DNA of 64,000 nt from Eledone cirrhosa (GCA_964016885.1 OZ024743.1:306528001-306592000); one strand, 5' to 3'; counted from the stretch's first letter, positions 38,250 through 53,578 are shown. The notes: generated by a model not told the origin, from the letters alone. Made by a program: numbers and translations.

Positions 38250-38251
38250 AA

Positions 38252-38385
38252 AGGTGCGTGGTTTCAAGGTTAGAGAATTGGATTTGCAATCGTGATGTTG
38301 TGAGTTCGATTCCTGGACCGGGTGATGTGTCGTCTTCTTGAGCAAGACACTTTATTTCATCGTTGCTCCAGTCCACTGAGCTGCA
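38252..38385 (+). mobile_element. tRNA-derived SINE family B; related copies at ~40040-40175(-), 44300-44420(-), 49650-49765(+)
   Basis: B-box GAGTTCGATTCC followed by CTTGAGCAAGACACTTTATTTCA..GTTGCTCCAGTCCACT. Confidence 0.75.
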
Positions 38386-38401
38386 GAACTCCATACATAT
38401 A

Positions 38402-38850
38402 AAACTTTTAAAGAAGTGAATATTTAAATAAACGATAAAATATCTTTAATCTTTTAACGAAATTTAGAAGACAAAAATACCCTCACTTTCTTACTTGGAA
38501 AAAGTTATATCTATGGTGCAAATTTGGTGCTTTTTTGTCCAGTCGTTTGGTGAAGATTTTCTTACATACATACGGCCGTCAGCTTTATAATATAGATATA
38601 AACACAAACATGTATGTGTGTGTGTATGTGTGTGTGTGTGTTTGTGTGTGTTTATATCTATATTATAAAGCTGACGGCCGTATGTATGTAAGAAAATCTT
38701 CGCCAAACGACTGGACCAAACAGCACCAAATTTGCACCATAGATATAACTTTTTCCAAGTAAGAAAGTGAGGGTATTTTTGTCTTCTAAATTTCGTTAAA
38801 AGATTAAAGATATTTTATCGTTTATTTAAATATTCACTTCTTTAAAGTTT
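38402..38850. repeat. ~210-bp-arm inverted repeat (two divergent copies of a Helitron-like 5' end) around a (TG)n spacer
   Basis: 38402-38610 is approximately the reverse complement of 38640-38850. Confidence 0.9.
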
Positions 38851-39207
38851 CAGATGTCAACACTTCCGGTTATACGACATTCTTCTATCTTTCTTAGTCT
38901 GTCATTTTAGATAGATACATAGCTATAACTTCGCGGCCTTATAATATGTCTCTGTATGTCTAGCTGTCTGCATTAGATACATAGCTATAACGTCACACGC
39001 TTATAATATATGTCTGTCTGGCTGCCTGTCTGCATTGACTTCGCTTCTAACCAACTTTTAATTAATTCAGTGCAAAGATACCACACGCCCTGCAACGTTT
39101 TTCGAAATATTTACTTCTGTGTTCACAGATTGATTCTTTTAGTTTCAGAAGATCCCGTTAAGGGTGAAAGCACCAATTCTTTGCTTAAACTTTAATCTGT
39201 TATTTTA

Positions 39208-39276
<69 letters not shown>

Positions 39277-39868
39277 TATATTCGTTTACAGATATTTTTG
39301 CATACACAAAAACAAAATATAAACAAACGTATTTATTTCACAAAAGCACAGATGGCTTATCGTCATTGTTACTGCCGATATGCCACCCAAAGAGTCCCAG
39401 CGTGGCCGCAAGATCAGATTTTCCAGAAGAAAAAATGTTACTAGAGCATCAGAGAGAGTAAGCTCAGGGTCAAACCCTAAAAGTGGATGGCCTTCATCTG
39501 GGAAAACCATGCTTCTCCAATGGTCAATTGTATGTAGGATGCTCTAGGGCGAGCTCGCCAAACAATCTCTTCACCTTTGCTCCCGAGGGCCGAACAAAAA
39601 ATAGTGTATACTCTGAGGCTCTAACAATGTAATTTATGTATTTTCTGTTACTTGGAATTTCCATTATGTTGTACAAATTATTGTAAAGTTTGTTAAAAAG
39701 TGTGTTCTCTGTTCCCATCAGAGCACGTTAACCACACCCCCACCACGCCCACATACACACCCTCGCTGACTTGAGAGTGGAGGGGATTTGCACTGGAGGG
39801 GAGGGGGGATTCCTGAAAAGATAAAATGCCGGTATACCTAGCCGGCCGCCAGCCGGACGGGCTCGCTA

Positions 39869-39869
<1 letters not shown>
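38657..39869 (+). mobile_element. Putative non-autonomous Helitron
   Basis: 5' TCTATATTATAAAGCTGA..(TATG)n start. 3' GC hairpin CCGGC-CGCCA-GCCGG followed by CTAG-T. Confidence 0.55.
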
Positions 39870-39915
<46 letters not shown>

Positions 39916-40187
39916 GATTTTTGTGGAAGACTAGCCGTCATCCATGCATACCAATCATCCCTCTCCAAGCCACCAGTGTTGTCCAAGGGAAGGACAATGG
40001 CCGATAAAGCTTGGCACCCGTGACGTCACAACTCATTTCTACAGATGAGTAAACTTTAGCAACGTGAAATAAACAGTCTTGCTCAAGGACACACCTTACC
40101 ACCAGATCCGGGAATCGAACTCACGTCATCACGATGGTGAATTCAAATTTCTATCCACTAGGCATAGCGTATTCACATGCACACACA

Positions 40188-40261
<74 letters not shown>

Positions 40262-40262
<1 letters not shown>

Positions 40263-40440
40263 TTCACCGTATTTTTGACTAAAGGAATTTTAGCCTGATA
40301 ATGGAGTTTAGAACCCTCAGATAAATGGAAAAAGATGAGTATTGACGTATATGTACGTCAATACTCATCTTTTTCCATTTATCTGAGGGTTCTAATCCCA
40401 TTATCAGGCTAAAATTCCTTTAGTCAAAAATACGGTGAAA
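40262..40440. repeat. ~87-bp-arm fold-back hairpin at the start of a short insert between (TA)n tracts
   Basis: TTTCACCGTATTTTTGACT...ATTGACGTA-TATG-TACGTCAAT...AGTCAAAAATACGGTGAAA. Confidence 0.92.
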
Positions 40441-40497
40441 GCAATTCTATTTTCTAATTTCAAACCTGCTCACTGTTTCAAAGCATACTTACTTGCC

Positions 40498-40597
<100 letters not shown>

Positions 40598-40767
40598 ATA
40601 ATAATAAATTTGAAGACTAAAATCCAAAGAGGGCTCGATAAGGATAAATATATATCAAATATATAAGAACCGTTATTTTAATAAATATAATATATATATA
40701 TATATATACATGTATATATTGAATGCATTCAGCCACATACCTATGCACATATGCATAAGACACACAC

Positions 40768-40851
<84 letters not shown>

Positions 40852-41008
40852 ACACATATGTATATATATGTGTGTGTGTATGAGTAATGTTTGTGCATGC
40901 GAAAAGTGCATAAATAATTTTGCTTGACTCATTATTAATAGGTCATGTTCCATTTTATGCATGTCTCTTAAGTAGACACACATATGTGTGCAATGTGTGT
41001 GTGTGTCC

Positions 41009-41112
<104 letters not shown>

Positions 41113-41161
41113 ATATCTATATATATGTATATATACATATATATATAGATATACATATATG

Positions 41162-41271
<110 letters not shown>

Positions 41272-41272
41272 C

Positions 41273-41379
<107 letters not shown>

Positions 41380-41699
41380 CATATATATATAGATATACAT
41401 ATATATATATACACACGCACACATATATATATATAAACAATCGAAGCCCTGGGAAAGAAGATTCTTATCTGAAAATGTGAGCGTCCCACATGAAGAATAT
41501 GATTGTAATTATGTGTAGATATGTACCTTCTCTATGAATTTATTGAGTGATTTATTTTGCTGTGGTGTTCTCTTCCGTTCCTCTTCGGAAATCCATTCTT
41601 AAATGCATATTATAATTTACTCCGGATAATTTGATTTGATCGGTTGAGTTCTTTGGAGGTGCATTTTTCCGTTAAGTTACCCAGATAGCCTATCCTTTC

Positions 41700-44100
41700 A
41701 TGCTACTATAGAATTGATGGCAGTTATTCTAGCAGTGCACAAGGCCAGTTTCGCTTCAGCTCTCTCTTGAGAAGGTTATCTTATTCCTGGGAGGATCATG
41801 GGGGAAGAGTCCTCAAACACACTATCCAGCGGGACCTGTCAGAACCAACCGCCTCCAATTGTACTGACTGGATCTCAAAGCCGAGCTCAGGGATGTTGTC
41901 CAACCATCTTGGCGAATTACTGCACCTGCTTCTGCAATTCTTGTACTTCTTTTAGCCTCCTACCTTTCATCACTCGTGAACTCGGCCCCGAGATATTTAA
42001 AGGAAACTCCACTTACATGTAGTGTGCACTGCGCAGGTTTCTTTGAGAGGACGAGTGTTTCAGTCTTCGCAGTACTGATTTTCATTCCAGCCATGCAATA
42101 CTCGGCACCAAACCTATCAGGAACAAATCGGAGATCAACTTCTGACGAGCTACGTAATACCATGTCGTCTGCAAATTCCAACCGACGGATCCTACACCTA
42201 CCAGTGGAGATACCACTTCCAATTCATGAAGATTATGAGATGAGCGTATTTGAATTCCCTCATTTCGATTTAGCACCATTTATGTATACACAAATAATAG
42301 GGCATTCGTATACAGACATCATGGCAACAAGAAGCTGTCCATTGATCTCATATTCCTGCAGGTCACGTGGGATGCGGTCGTATACCTTTACGAGGTCTAA
42401 GAAGTAAGCATACACTCCTTGGCAGTACTCCCACAATTTCTCAAAGACCAGCCGCAGTGTGAATTGTCGGCTGCACTGCATCCGGGACGAAAATCCCACA
42501 GTTCATTAGCTAGCTTGGACTCGAAATTTCCCTTCATCTCTTTGCCAGACACTTAGCAAAGACTTTATCGGGAAAGCTTAACAAAGAGATCCCTCTATAA
42601 TTGGAGTAATCTTTCATGTCTCCCATTATGTCATTACCTAAGTGCCTTCTGTTTAAAGGCTTTTAAGGTCTCGGGCCGAATTTCATCCTACCAAGCGACC
42701 TTGAACTCTTTAATTGCTATTGTGACCTCATCCTCAGAGAGATTAGTCATCGCTCCCAGATACACTTCATGTACATCAACAGATGCTGCTGTGACCGAGT
42801 GTAGGCGATCAGCAAAGTATTCTCTCCAGCTCTCGAGTATGCACCTTTCTGAAGAGAGAACACCAGACGCGTTCCTGATAGCAGGGACAGAGGAAGACTC
42901 TTGTTACGAAGTCGGCAGATGGTGTGCCAGAACTCTTTATTTGCCCATCTGAAGTCGGATTTCAGCTTGACCCCGAAGTCATCTCTTAACTTTGGGCGGC
43001 TTTACTGTCACTGTGCCTGTTTGTACCGCAAGTCCAAGAAGAGGGACTTATTCCATACCAAGAATGGTAGGTCTCTTTGACCACTTGATTGAACCATAGC
43101 GTCTTCCTGCCACCCGGCTCTACACCAAGCCACTTTCGTCTGCAGCATTTAATAGCCAAAGAAAAAATTGCCAAGCTGAACAATATCCAACCCTTTTCAA
43201 CGTTCTCGGTTTGCTCAGGGAGTTCTCTGGATTTGAATGCGATAGTATCAGCATACCTGGTCCTGGCTTCCTTATCCTCTAACGCTTCCTACTTTATTCT
43301 GTAAATCAACTTTACCTGCCAGGTGTGTGAGCTTCTATGGCTTTAGGTTACCTCAAGCTACAGATAACTAGATGGTGATCAGTTGACAACTCAGCCTCTC
43401 TCTTAACACGAAATTTCAGCACAGATTTGAAGAGATCAGAGCCAATAACAAAATCAATTATTGATCGTCGTCTATGATTCCCCTTATACCATGTATATTT
43501 ATGGAATTATTTGTGTTGGACAAAGGTGTTCATAATAGTGAGCCCATTCGTAGAACAGAAGTGTCATAAGATCTCTCCTTTTGTATTTAGATCGGGGTCG
43601 CGGTTCCTTCCAATTACCCCTTTCTATATCAGATGATCAGTGCCAACATGTACATTGAAGTCTCCCATCAGGGTATATAACTGAATCTTAGCTACATCTA
43701 ACTCTGCTGTGACTGCATCAAGGCAGGCTATGTATTCAGACGTTTTGTTTGGTGCATAAACTTGCACCACCCACAGACCTCCTATCTTTCAACCTAACCT
43801 TTAAGAGGAAAATTCTAATGGTATCTGATCCATAACACATTCCGACAGCCGAGGACTTGTGAGTATCCCCACTGTCACCTGTGCTGATTTTTCTGGCACC
43901 ACACTTGAATTGAGGAGTTTCCACCATCCATCCAAATCTACAATACCAGAGCCACAGAACAGTGTTGAGGAATCTCTCACTATATATATCTGATAGCATC
44001 TGACCTCCTCCACTAGTTCCTGCTCCTTATCTGTAAGGGTTGTTGTATTCCAGGTTCCAATTGTTACGGTTTGCTCCTTTCCATGAGAAAGAAAATCAGA
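41700..44100 (-). pseudogene. Decayed RTE-type LINE (APE endonuclease plus RT)
   Basis: IGTWNTTTL, GDFNVH, GFSSR..QFTLRLVFEKLWEY..FLDLVKVYDRIPR, EFADDMVL, GMKISTAKTE, FKYLG, with many stops and frameshifts. Confidence 0.88.
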
Positions 44101-44534
44101 CAGAAAGTGGAATAGAGAGAGATCCATGCGTGATTGACTTCTGTGGGCTCCGCCAAGAAGTTCGAACAAAGTTATAGACTGGTCGTGAAACTGGTGTGCT
44201 AGTGGTTGAGAATTGCAATGACATGTGCACCCTTAACATAGTTTTCTTCGTGATAAAGTGTATAATAAAACTGCCCTTTGAATGACAGGCAGAAATCATT
44301 TTTTGCAACTGAGTGGACTGGAACGACGTGAAATAAAGTGTCTTGCATAATGCCACAGTGGCCGGGAATTGAACCCTCAACCTTACGATTGTGGGTAGAA
44401 CAGCATAACCACTATGGTACGCATTTATACATAGTAGAGAATCATAGCGAATGAGAAACACACATGAGACAAGCCTTGAAGATAATCAAAGATAGAGAGA
44501 GATATAGAAATATAGATTGGAGCAGGCGGGGGAT

Positions 44535-44582
<48 letters not shown>

Positions 44583-45108
44583 CTACGACGACGATGACGG
44601 CGGCGACGACGACAACGACGATGATGATGGTGATGATCATGATCATGATCATGATAATGGCAATGGTTTGTTTTCATTTTTATTGCTTTTATTTATGGCA
44701 GCTTTATGAGTTGGAATAAAAACCTTTATGTGTGACAACAATATTTTGGAGCTGTTGTCGAAACTGTTTGTTGCTCTAAAGAATACCCTGTCAGAGTCTC
44801 AAAGAAGAATATTTTTTTCAATTGCCTCAATAAGACGGTAAATTGGCAGAGTCGTCGTTAGAACGACGTTGGATATAATGTTTTCTAGTCTTCGTTCCGG
44901 TTCTGCTTCAGAACTAAAGACTTGCCAAACTAAACTTTGCATTTTATCCTTTCGAGGTCGATAAATAAAGTACCAGGTGATTCTTATTCTGTACCCTCCA
45001 TTCTCTCTCTCCCTCTCTCTCTCTTCTGGAAGCTATCGGCTGTATTTAATTCTGGATAGGGATGGGCCCATTGTCAAGAGAGTTCTCCTACGACTCCATG
45101 AATATATC

Positions 45109-45201
<93 letters not shown>

Positions 45202-45209
45202 ATATACTA

Positions 45210-46118
45210 CTAGCAGTGGTACCCGGCGTTGCACGGGATAAGGTATTTGGAACGCGGGCCGCCAACAGACCTAATCGTGGAAAAACTGCATTCCTGGACA
45301 ATATGTAAAGAAAATAAACCGAATACTCTGATGGCTGGATAATCTTTAGTATTTTCCTCGATGAAGCAGGAAAAATGCAGGTTTTCACCTAGAGGATCAT
45401 AAAATAAATTTTTTTTATGTGCATAATATGCCTTGAAATTTCGGGAAAAATCGGCTAGACGTAACGCCTCCAAAAAGCCCTAAAAAGCTGAAAAAATTAA
45501 GTTTTTCACCTAGGCCATAAAAAGTTGGATTTTCTTTGCTCACGGTATGAAGAAGAGACTGACTAATACATAGTTACAATTTTAAGGAAATCGGTCTGAC
45601 GTAACGCCTCAAAAACCCCCTAAAAAGCTTTAAAAACTCAGTTTTTCACCTAATGCGGATCCTAGGAGTTCAAAAAGATGATTTTGTATCTGCATAACAC
45701 TCCCTGAAATATAAGTAATACACATGTAAAGTTTGAAAAAAATCGGTTGGGTACTTCTCGATTCAAACTCACAGACACACACACACACATACACACACAG
45801 AGACAGAGATCCTCAGAGAAGTGACGTAATGCAGACAGCCAGACATACAGACAGATATTATAAGGACGCGACGTTATATGTATGTATCTATCTAAAAAGA
45901 GAAAGACTCAGAATTATAGAGAGAGATCGCTAAATCGCCTAATGCGGTGCCTAGGGCATTGAAAATTTTTAATCTTTTTGGCTCAGAACACTCCCTGCAA
46001 CATAAGTATTACATGTGTAAAGTTTGAAAACAGTCGGTTGGGAGGTTATCGAGTTTTAGGAATTCAAACTCACACACACACACACACACACATACATCCT
46101 CAGTTTTATATATAGAGA
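45210..46118 (-). mobile_element. Non-autonomous Helitron with internal tandem duplications
   Basis: Minus strand 5' TCTCTATATATAAAACTGAGG.. and 3' hairpin CCCGTGCAACGCCGGG + TACCACTG-CTAG-T. Internal repeats at 45380-45660 and 45690/45985. Confidence 0.75.
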
Positions 46119-46143
46119 TATTCATGAATTAATGAATATATAT

Positions 46144-46264
<121 letters not shown>

Positions 46265-46837
46265 CGTGTACGCATGTATACATACACCTCTTCCACTCTG
46301 CTTTTGTCAAAATACATATTATAGAAGAAGGCACCATAAACAAACTAACTCTCGAAGTTTCAGACACAAACACATACACATACGTACGCACATTACACAC
46401 AAAGACACACATACACACACATACACGCACACATACACACACACATGCACATACACCAAACACAAAACACACATTACCATATATCTCTATCTTGTCATTT
46501 TGTCTTATTGAGGTCAAGTGGAAAAGGACATATGAGGTGGGAAAATAACGACAACAACAACAAGCCAAAAGAGCGCCCAAGAACGACAACTCAATCCACC
46601 CTAGCTGTACATCAACAGCGCCAATTTAGAATATTCATTGAGAGTAAGTAAAGAAAAAAGAAGAAATATATATAAAAATACAATAATTAAACAGAAAAAA
46701 AAGGTTTTCACTCACGCCAAGATCTCATCGGTCGCTTAACACATGCCGTGCTAATACCTTGTGTGTTATTGATCCGGGAATATAGAAGGGTGACGGCAGC
46801 TCTGAACTTTTTCACTGCACGACAATAGAGTAGAAAA

Positions 46838-48345
46838 TGGTGGTGGTAGTGGTGGAGTTGGGGGATAGTAGTGGGGGGGGGGCGTAGTTGTGGTGGTGTA
46901 GTTGTGGCGGTAGGGATGGTAGTGGTGGTGTAGTTGCGGTGGTGCTAGTGGTGGTGGTGGTGATGGTGGAGGTGGTAGTGATGGTGGTGGTGGGGTAGTT
47001 GTGGTGGTGCTAGTGATGGTGGTAGTGATGGTGGTGGTGGGGTAGTTGTGGGGGTGCTAGTGGTGGTGGTGGTGATAGTGATGGTGGTAGTGGTGGTGGT
47101 GATGGGGTAGTTGTGGTGGTGCTAGTGGTGGTAGTGATGGTGGTAGTGATGGTGGTGGTGGGGTAGTTGTGGTGGTGCAAGTGGTGGTAGTGATGGTGGT
47201 AGTGATGGTGCTGGTGGTAATGGTGTTGGTTGGGTAGTTGTGGTGGTGGTGGGGTGGTAGGGTAGTTATGGTGGTAGTGGTTGGGTAGAGGTGTAGTTGA
47301 AGTGGTGGCGGTGGTGGTGGTGGAGTGTTGGTGATGGTGGGTGTGATTGTAGTGTTGGTCATGGTGGTAGTGTTGCTACTGCTTGTTGTGGTGGTGCAAG
47401 TGGTGGTGTTGGGGTAGTGGTGTCTGTGGCGCTTGCAGAGCTTCTGCTGGTGGTTGTGTTGGCGGTAGCGGTGGTAATGGTGCTTGTTGGGGTGGGTAGT
47501 GGTCTTGTTGGCGGTGGTGCTGGTGGTGTTAGTGGTGGTTCTACTGGAGGTGGTGGTGGTGTTGGTGGAGGTACTAGTGGTGGTGGTACTGGTGTTGGTG
47601 GTGCTGGTGTTGGTGGTGCTGGTGGTGTTAGTGGTGGTTCTACTGGAGGTGGTGGTGGTGTTGGTGGAGGTACTAGTGGTGGTGGTACTGGTGGTGGTGG
47701 AGGTACTGGTGGTGGTGCTGGTGGTGTTAATGGTGGTTCTACTGGTGGTGGTGGTGGTGGTGTTGGTGGAGGTACTGGTGGTGGTGGTACTGGTGGTGGT
47801 GGTGGTGCTGGTGTTGATGGTGCTGGTGGTGTTCGTGGTGGTGCTACTGGTGGTGGTGGTGGTGTTGGTGGAGGTACTGGTGGTGGTGGTGCTGGTGTTG
47901 GTGGTGGTACTGGTGTTGGTGGTGCTGGTGGTGTTCGTGGTGGTGCTACTGGTGGTGGTGCTGGTGGTGTTGTTGGTGGAGGTACTGGTGGTGGTGCTGC
48001 TGGTGTTGGTGGTGGTACTGGTGTTGGTGGTGGTACTGGTGTTGGTGGTGCTGGTGGTGTTCGTGGTGGTGCTACTGGTGGTGGTGGTGGTGTTGGTGGA
48101 GGTACTGGTGGTGGTGGTGCTGGTGTTGGTGGTGGTACTGGTGTTGGTGGTGCTGGTGGTGTTCGTGGTGGTGCTACTGGTGGTGGTGTTGGTGGTGGTA
48201 CTGGTGTTGGTGGTGCTGGTGGTGTTCGTGGTGGTGCTACTGGTGGTGGTGTTGGTGGTGGTACTGGTGTTGGTGGTGCTGGTGGTGTTCGTGGTGGTGC
48301 TACTGGTGGTGTTGGTGGTGGAGGTACTGGTAGTGACGTTAGTGG
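46838..48345. repeat. (GGT)n-derived minisatellite with ~50-100 bp higher-order units
   Basis: Recurrent GGTGGTGTTCGTGGTGGTGCTACT and GGAGGTACT variants. Confidence 0.85.
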
Positions 48346-50214
48346 TATTGGTAGTGAATATGTTATATATTATATAATGTACTTATATTTTACTTTCATA
48401 GTCGGCATCAATTTGTCTTCTATCAGTTGTATATTATTTCATTGTTTGGATTGGCAGAATCAGTAGAGCATCGGACATGCTTTGCAACATAGAGTTACGG
48501 CGTTCTGAGTTTAAATTCCACCGAGGTTAGCTCTAGCGTCCATCCTCACAGGATCGATAAAATAAAGTACCTGTAACGCACTAGGGACGATTTAATCAAC
48601 AACACCCCCACCCCCACCACCTCCGCCGAAATCAGAAAACATTATTTCATTATTTCTGGACTGGCAGAGTTGATAGAGGGTTGGGCATGCTTTCCAGCAT
48701 AGTTACGTCCCTTTACGATCTGAGTTCTAATCCCGCCAAGGTTAACTTTGCCTTTCATCCTTACGAGGTCGATAAAATAAAGTACCAGTAATGTACTGGG
48801 TATTTGCTGGCCTTGTGCCGAAAGTAGGAACAATTATTTCATTATTTCATTCTTTCACTGATTTCAGTCATTTGATTGCGGCCATGCTACGACATCACCT
48901 TCTGTTATTTTACGTTTCTAGATAGCGTTGCCACCAGTCCATATTTAGACCTTGTGGGGCCCCGGGCAGTTCAGGTTTGGAAGCCCAGTGTTGTTCCTGG
49001 ATGGCTCTGATTGGCCCTATTTCTCAAGGAGTGCCCAAGGCATTCACCCCCTTCACCCCCGATTAATCCAGCCCTGGTTGCTGTTGTTTCCTATTACGAT
49101 CCTTGTTGATGTTATGCAGTACTTCTCTCTAATCTTCATCTTCTTGCTGCAGTTCAGAACCAAGCAGCTTCTCGGTCACAGAGAAACTTCTATTATTCTA
49201 TCAGAGAATTTTCTATTATTCTGACAAATATACATGTTGGATCTAAGTTAGTTATGACGACGGTTCCAATAGTTTGCACAACGAAGCAACCGACTCGTTA
49301 AATAAACACGCAAGCGACTGAATATTCCACAGACACGTGAATTACAGCTACAACATATATTTTCCACCGGTGATCGAGTTCAGGATCTTTCACTCTTCAG
49401 CTGAACACCTTCACAGAATAAATTCTAAAGAACATAAAACAACCCTCTACATGAAACACCCCTATACATAGCAGGTTGGACACAGGTTACATTCACAGAA
49501 CATATACATAATACATAAGGAAACTAAAGGGGGGACAATCATTTATCACAGCAACCTTTAAACACCACAGTCTCTGTTTTTGTATAAACTCCTTATCCAA
49601 GATACCCAGACTCTAACATTACTCCAGAAACATCCTAAAATCATTACCAGGGAGGCTAGCCTAGTGGTTAGTAAGTTGGACTCAAGGTCATAAGGGTGAG
49701 GATTCGATTCCTGGACCGAATGGAGCGTTGTATTCTCGAGCAAAACACTTCCTTTCAAGTTGCTTTTCATGATAGGACTGAGGCCTCTATCGTTAATACA
49801 CATAAGGAATACTTTGCGAGATGTAACCTCAGCGGAGACAAGCTAAACCTACATAGGTGTGAGATTTAAATTCCATTTTTCCTTCCATCTCCCTCTCAGC
49901 TCATATAAGCATATGGAACACATACAAATAGAAATAGCACTACTAACCTCAAATATTATGCTAGAATGTACACCACAAACTATGTGTGTTGAGGAACAGC
50001 AACGCTCATGGTGTTACTGCAATCTCTGCCTCTGTGGTGGTCACCACCAGAATCTATGGCACAAGACTTAATGTCTAGAGAGTGCAGTATATATAAGCTA
50101 TCTTGTTGTACACCATTAAATGTCTTGCTATATATCAGACTGTGCAGTATGGTTCTCAGATAGACAAACCCAATGTATAACTGAGAAGAAAGATCTGTGT
50201 ACTTAACCGGCCGA

Positions 50215-50690
50215 CTAATTGTTTTTCATTATAGGACTGGGCTTCTATCTTTAAACACTCTATGAAATGAAACCTCATAGGAGGCCAGCTATATCTACAT
50301 AGGTGTGAGCTGTAACAACAGCAAACATATGTGTGTGCATGATAGGGCTCTGGTCCCTGTCGTTAAAACACTCAAGGATACTTCCTATGAAATGCAACCT
50401 CGTAGGAAGCCACATAAACTTGCATATGTGTGAGTTGTAACAACAGCATACATATGTATGTGTATGATAGGACTCTGATCCCTGTCATTAAAACATCCGA
50501 GGAAACTTTCTATGAGATGCAGCTTCGTAGGAAACCAGCTAAACCTGCATAGACTGCGAGTTGTAACAACGTACATGTGTGTGTGTGACAGAATTGTGAC
50601 CCATATCATTAAAATAGCAGAGGAAACTCCTATGATATACAACCTCGGAGGAGGACAGCTAAACTTGCATAGGTGTGAGTTGTAAATTTC
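50215..50690. repeat. ~115-bp diverged tandem repeat (4 units; related copy at 49760-49865)
   Basis: ATAGGACT..TTAAAACA..CTATGARATGCAACCTCGTAGGA..CAGCTAAAC..CATAGGTGTGAGTTGTAA recurs. Confidence 0.75.
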
Positions 50691-50935
50691 ATTTCATTTC
50701 ATTTGATACTAGTAGCGAGCTGTTGTACCACTCGCTTGATACACCAGCGCCCACTGGTGTGGAGAATTGAAATGTAATCCAGCGTGTAAAGGAAATGACA
50801 TTGTTTTCTGTTTTGAGTTGAACAAGGGCCAACTGAGAACGGTTCGTTAGCGTTGTGAGAGAGCAAGGATGAATGGGAAGAAAGGGAAAGAGCGTGGAGA
50901 AGAAGGCAGAGCGGCAGGAGGGACGTGGAAGGGAA

Positions 50936-51003
<68 letters not shown>

Positions 51004-51041
51004 ATGGTGGTGAGGTGGTGGTGGTGGTGGTGGTGGTGGTG

Positions 51042-51083
<42 letters not shown>

Positions 51084-51132
51084 ATGGTGGTGAGGTGGTG
51101 GTGGTGGTGGCGGTGGTGGTTGTGGGGTGGTG

Positions 51133-51168
<36 letters not shown>

Positions 51169-51256
51169 GTTGAAGAAGATGATGATGATGATGATGATGA
51201 TGACGAAGAAGGAAAAAAGAGGTGGCGGTGGGTGTGAAGGGGACAGAGAGGAAGAA

Positions 51257-51295
<39 letters not shown>

Positions 51296-51711
51296 AAGAA
51301 AGGGTGTGGATTGGCAGTATCGGTAGAGCGTCAGACAGCATGCTTTGCGGTATAGAGTTACGTTCTGAGTTCAAGTCCAGCCGAGGTTAACTTTGCGGTC
51401 CATCCTTACGGGGTCGATAAAATAAAGTACCAGTAACGTACTGGTTCAATTTAATCGACTTTTCCCTCCCTCAAAATTGTTGGCCTTGTGCCAAATGAGT
51501 ACAAGTCTTGCAATTTGAGGGAGAGGTTTTGATTATATTGATCTCCGTATTTCACTGCTATTTAGATTATCGACATCACCCCCCCCCCCCCCCCCCCACC
51601 CCCCACCCCCACCCACCCCAAAAAAAACAAATATCGCAAGGCGTTTTTTTTTCTTTTTGTTCGCCGCTCCAAACATTCTGCTGTTTGGTTTCCTTTGGTC
51701 TCTTTATTGCT

Positions 51712-51935
51712 AATGGGGGAAAGAGAAAGCGGGGTAGACAGAGGAAGCGGTGGGCAGACCACATAGGTGAGTGGACAGGAAAGAACTTTGCCACAACCCA
51801 AGCTCTCGCCCATGACCGCCAGAGATGGAGGCAGTTGGTGAGCGTTCAACACCGCAGGTCTCAACGACCCTGAAAAGGGTAAAGGCACCATGATGATGAT
51901 GATGATGATGATGATGGGGATGATGATGATGATGA
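51712..51935 (+). mobile_element. 3' end of an RTE-type LINE with (GAT)n tail
   Basis: GKRKRGRQRKRWAD..ALAHDRQRWRQLV followed by a short UTR and (GAT)n. Confidence 0.8.
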
Positions 51936-52715
51936 ACTATCTACTGGAGTCGTTAGAACGTCAGATAAAATGCTTTACGGATTTCGTTCTGGCGTTCCAC
52001 CGAGGTCAACTTTGCCATTCATTCATTCATTTGAGTTCGATAAAAAAAATACCAGTCTAATACTGGGGTCGATTCTTCCTATATATATCTTTCTCACTTC
52101 AATTCTCTCACTTCCTATCCTTCTCTGAAAGAAATCTGCTGTATTCAAATCTGGAGGAGAGATGGGTTCCGTCAGGCTTAAAAGGGCCTTATGAAATGCC
52201 GTATGTCAATATGGCACTCCTATGACTCCCTCTGGAGTTTTGGAACTATACCATGCCTTACCGTTATCTGCCAGTGGCAACTCCTGGCAGAAGCGTGACT
52301 GCATTTCTGGTGAGAGGAGCCGGGATTTGAACGTAGAACGCTGAGACACGTCAGATTAGATGCAGAAACAGCATCCTATCCGACTCTTTAACCATTCCAC
52401 CACATCTATACAACCCATGGACTGGTCTGGAATTGTCCGACTCTCCAATGGTTCCACCACATCTATACAACCCATGGACTGGTCTTGTACCTAATTTATC
52501 GACACCGGAAAGAAGAAAGGGAAAGATTTCAACTCAGTAAGCGGAGAGCTGGAACAAATCTGACATTGTAACAACTCAGCCCAATCACCGCCTACATGAA
52601 GGGATATGGGAGGGCGTCATCCACATGGTGGGATTCGGAGCACGGGAAAACAAGGATCACTAAAGCAATTCTCAGGGAGATTCAACGTTATACAGGGTAT
52701 CTAGTACGCTATGTG

Positions 52716-52772
<57 letters not shown>

Positions 52773-53063
52773 ATGGTGGTGGTGGTAGTGGTGGTGGCAG
52801 CGGTGATGGTGATGCCAACAGAAGATAGGGAGAAAGCGAAAATAGAAAGGACTTTAAAAGACAGAGTTAAAGAGAGGGTGGAGGTTGGGTAGTGACAGAA
52901 GAACGAGAGAGCGGGGTGTTGGTTGAGGGTGAGGGTGAGATAGTGACAGAAGAAAGAGGGAGGGAGATAGGGAGTGGAAGACTATGCTTCAGACGCCCTT
53001 ATCCCAATGGGGGCTGTCCTAAATAAAAAAGAAACTAAAAACGAGAAAAAAATATATATCTGC

Positions 53064-53110
<47 letters not shown>

Positions 53111-53197
53111 TGTGTATGTGTGTGTGTGTTTTCTCGCGCGCGTGTGTGTATGTATATTATACATATATATATATTTGTGTATATATATATATATATT

Positions 53198-53255
<58 letters not shown>

Positions 53256-53285
53256 TATTTGTATATATATATTTGTATATATTTG

Positions 53286-53356
<71 letters not shown>

Positions 53357-53367
53357 AATATATATAT

Positions 53368-53456
<89 letters not shown>

Positions 53457-53508
53457 CAAATATATATATATACAAATATATATATGTATATATTTGTATA
53501 TATATATT

Positions 53509-53546
<38 letters not shown>

Positions 53547-53578
53547 AATATATATATATATATTTGTATATATATATT

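Noticed and set aside
38252-38325. tRNA gene
   Set aside because: The cloverleaf is incomplete and continues into a SINE body found in several copies.
47297-48466. Gly-rich 389-aa ORF resembling a structural protein
   Set aside because: An overlapping frame is equally open and the sequence is continuous with flanking (GGT)n repeats. No non-repetitive domain.
49378-49406. Minus-strand GTTCAG-CTGAAGA-GT-GAAA-GA-TC-CTGAAC hammerhead-like string
   Set aside because: No stem II, and the context resembles a degenerate tRNA-derived SINE head.
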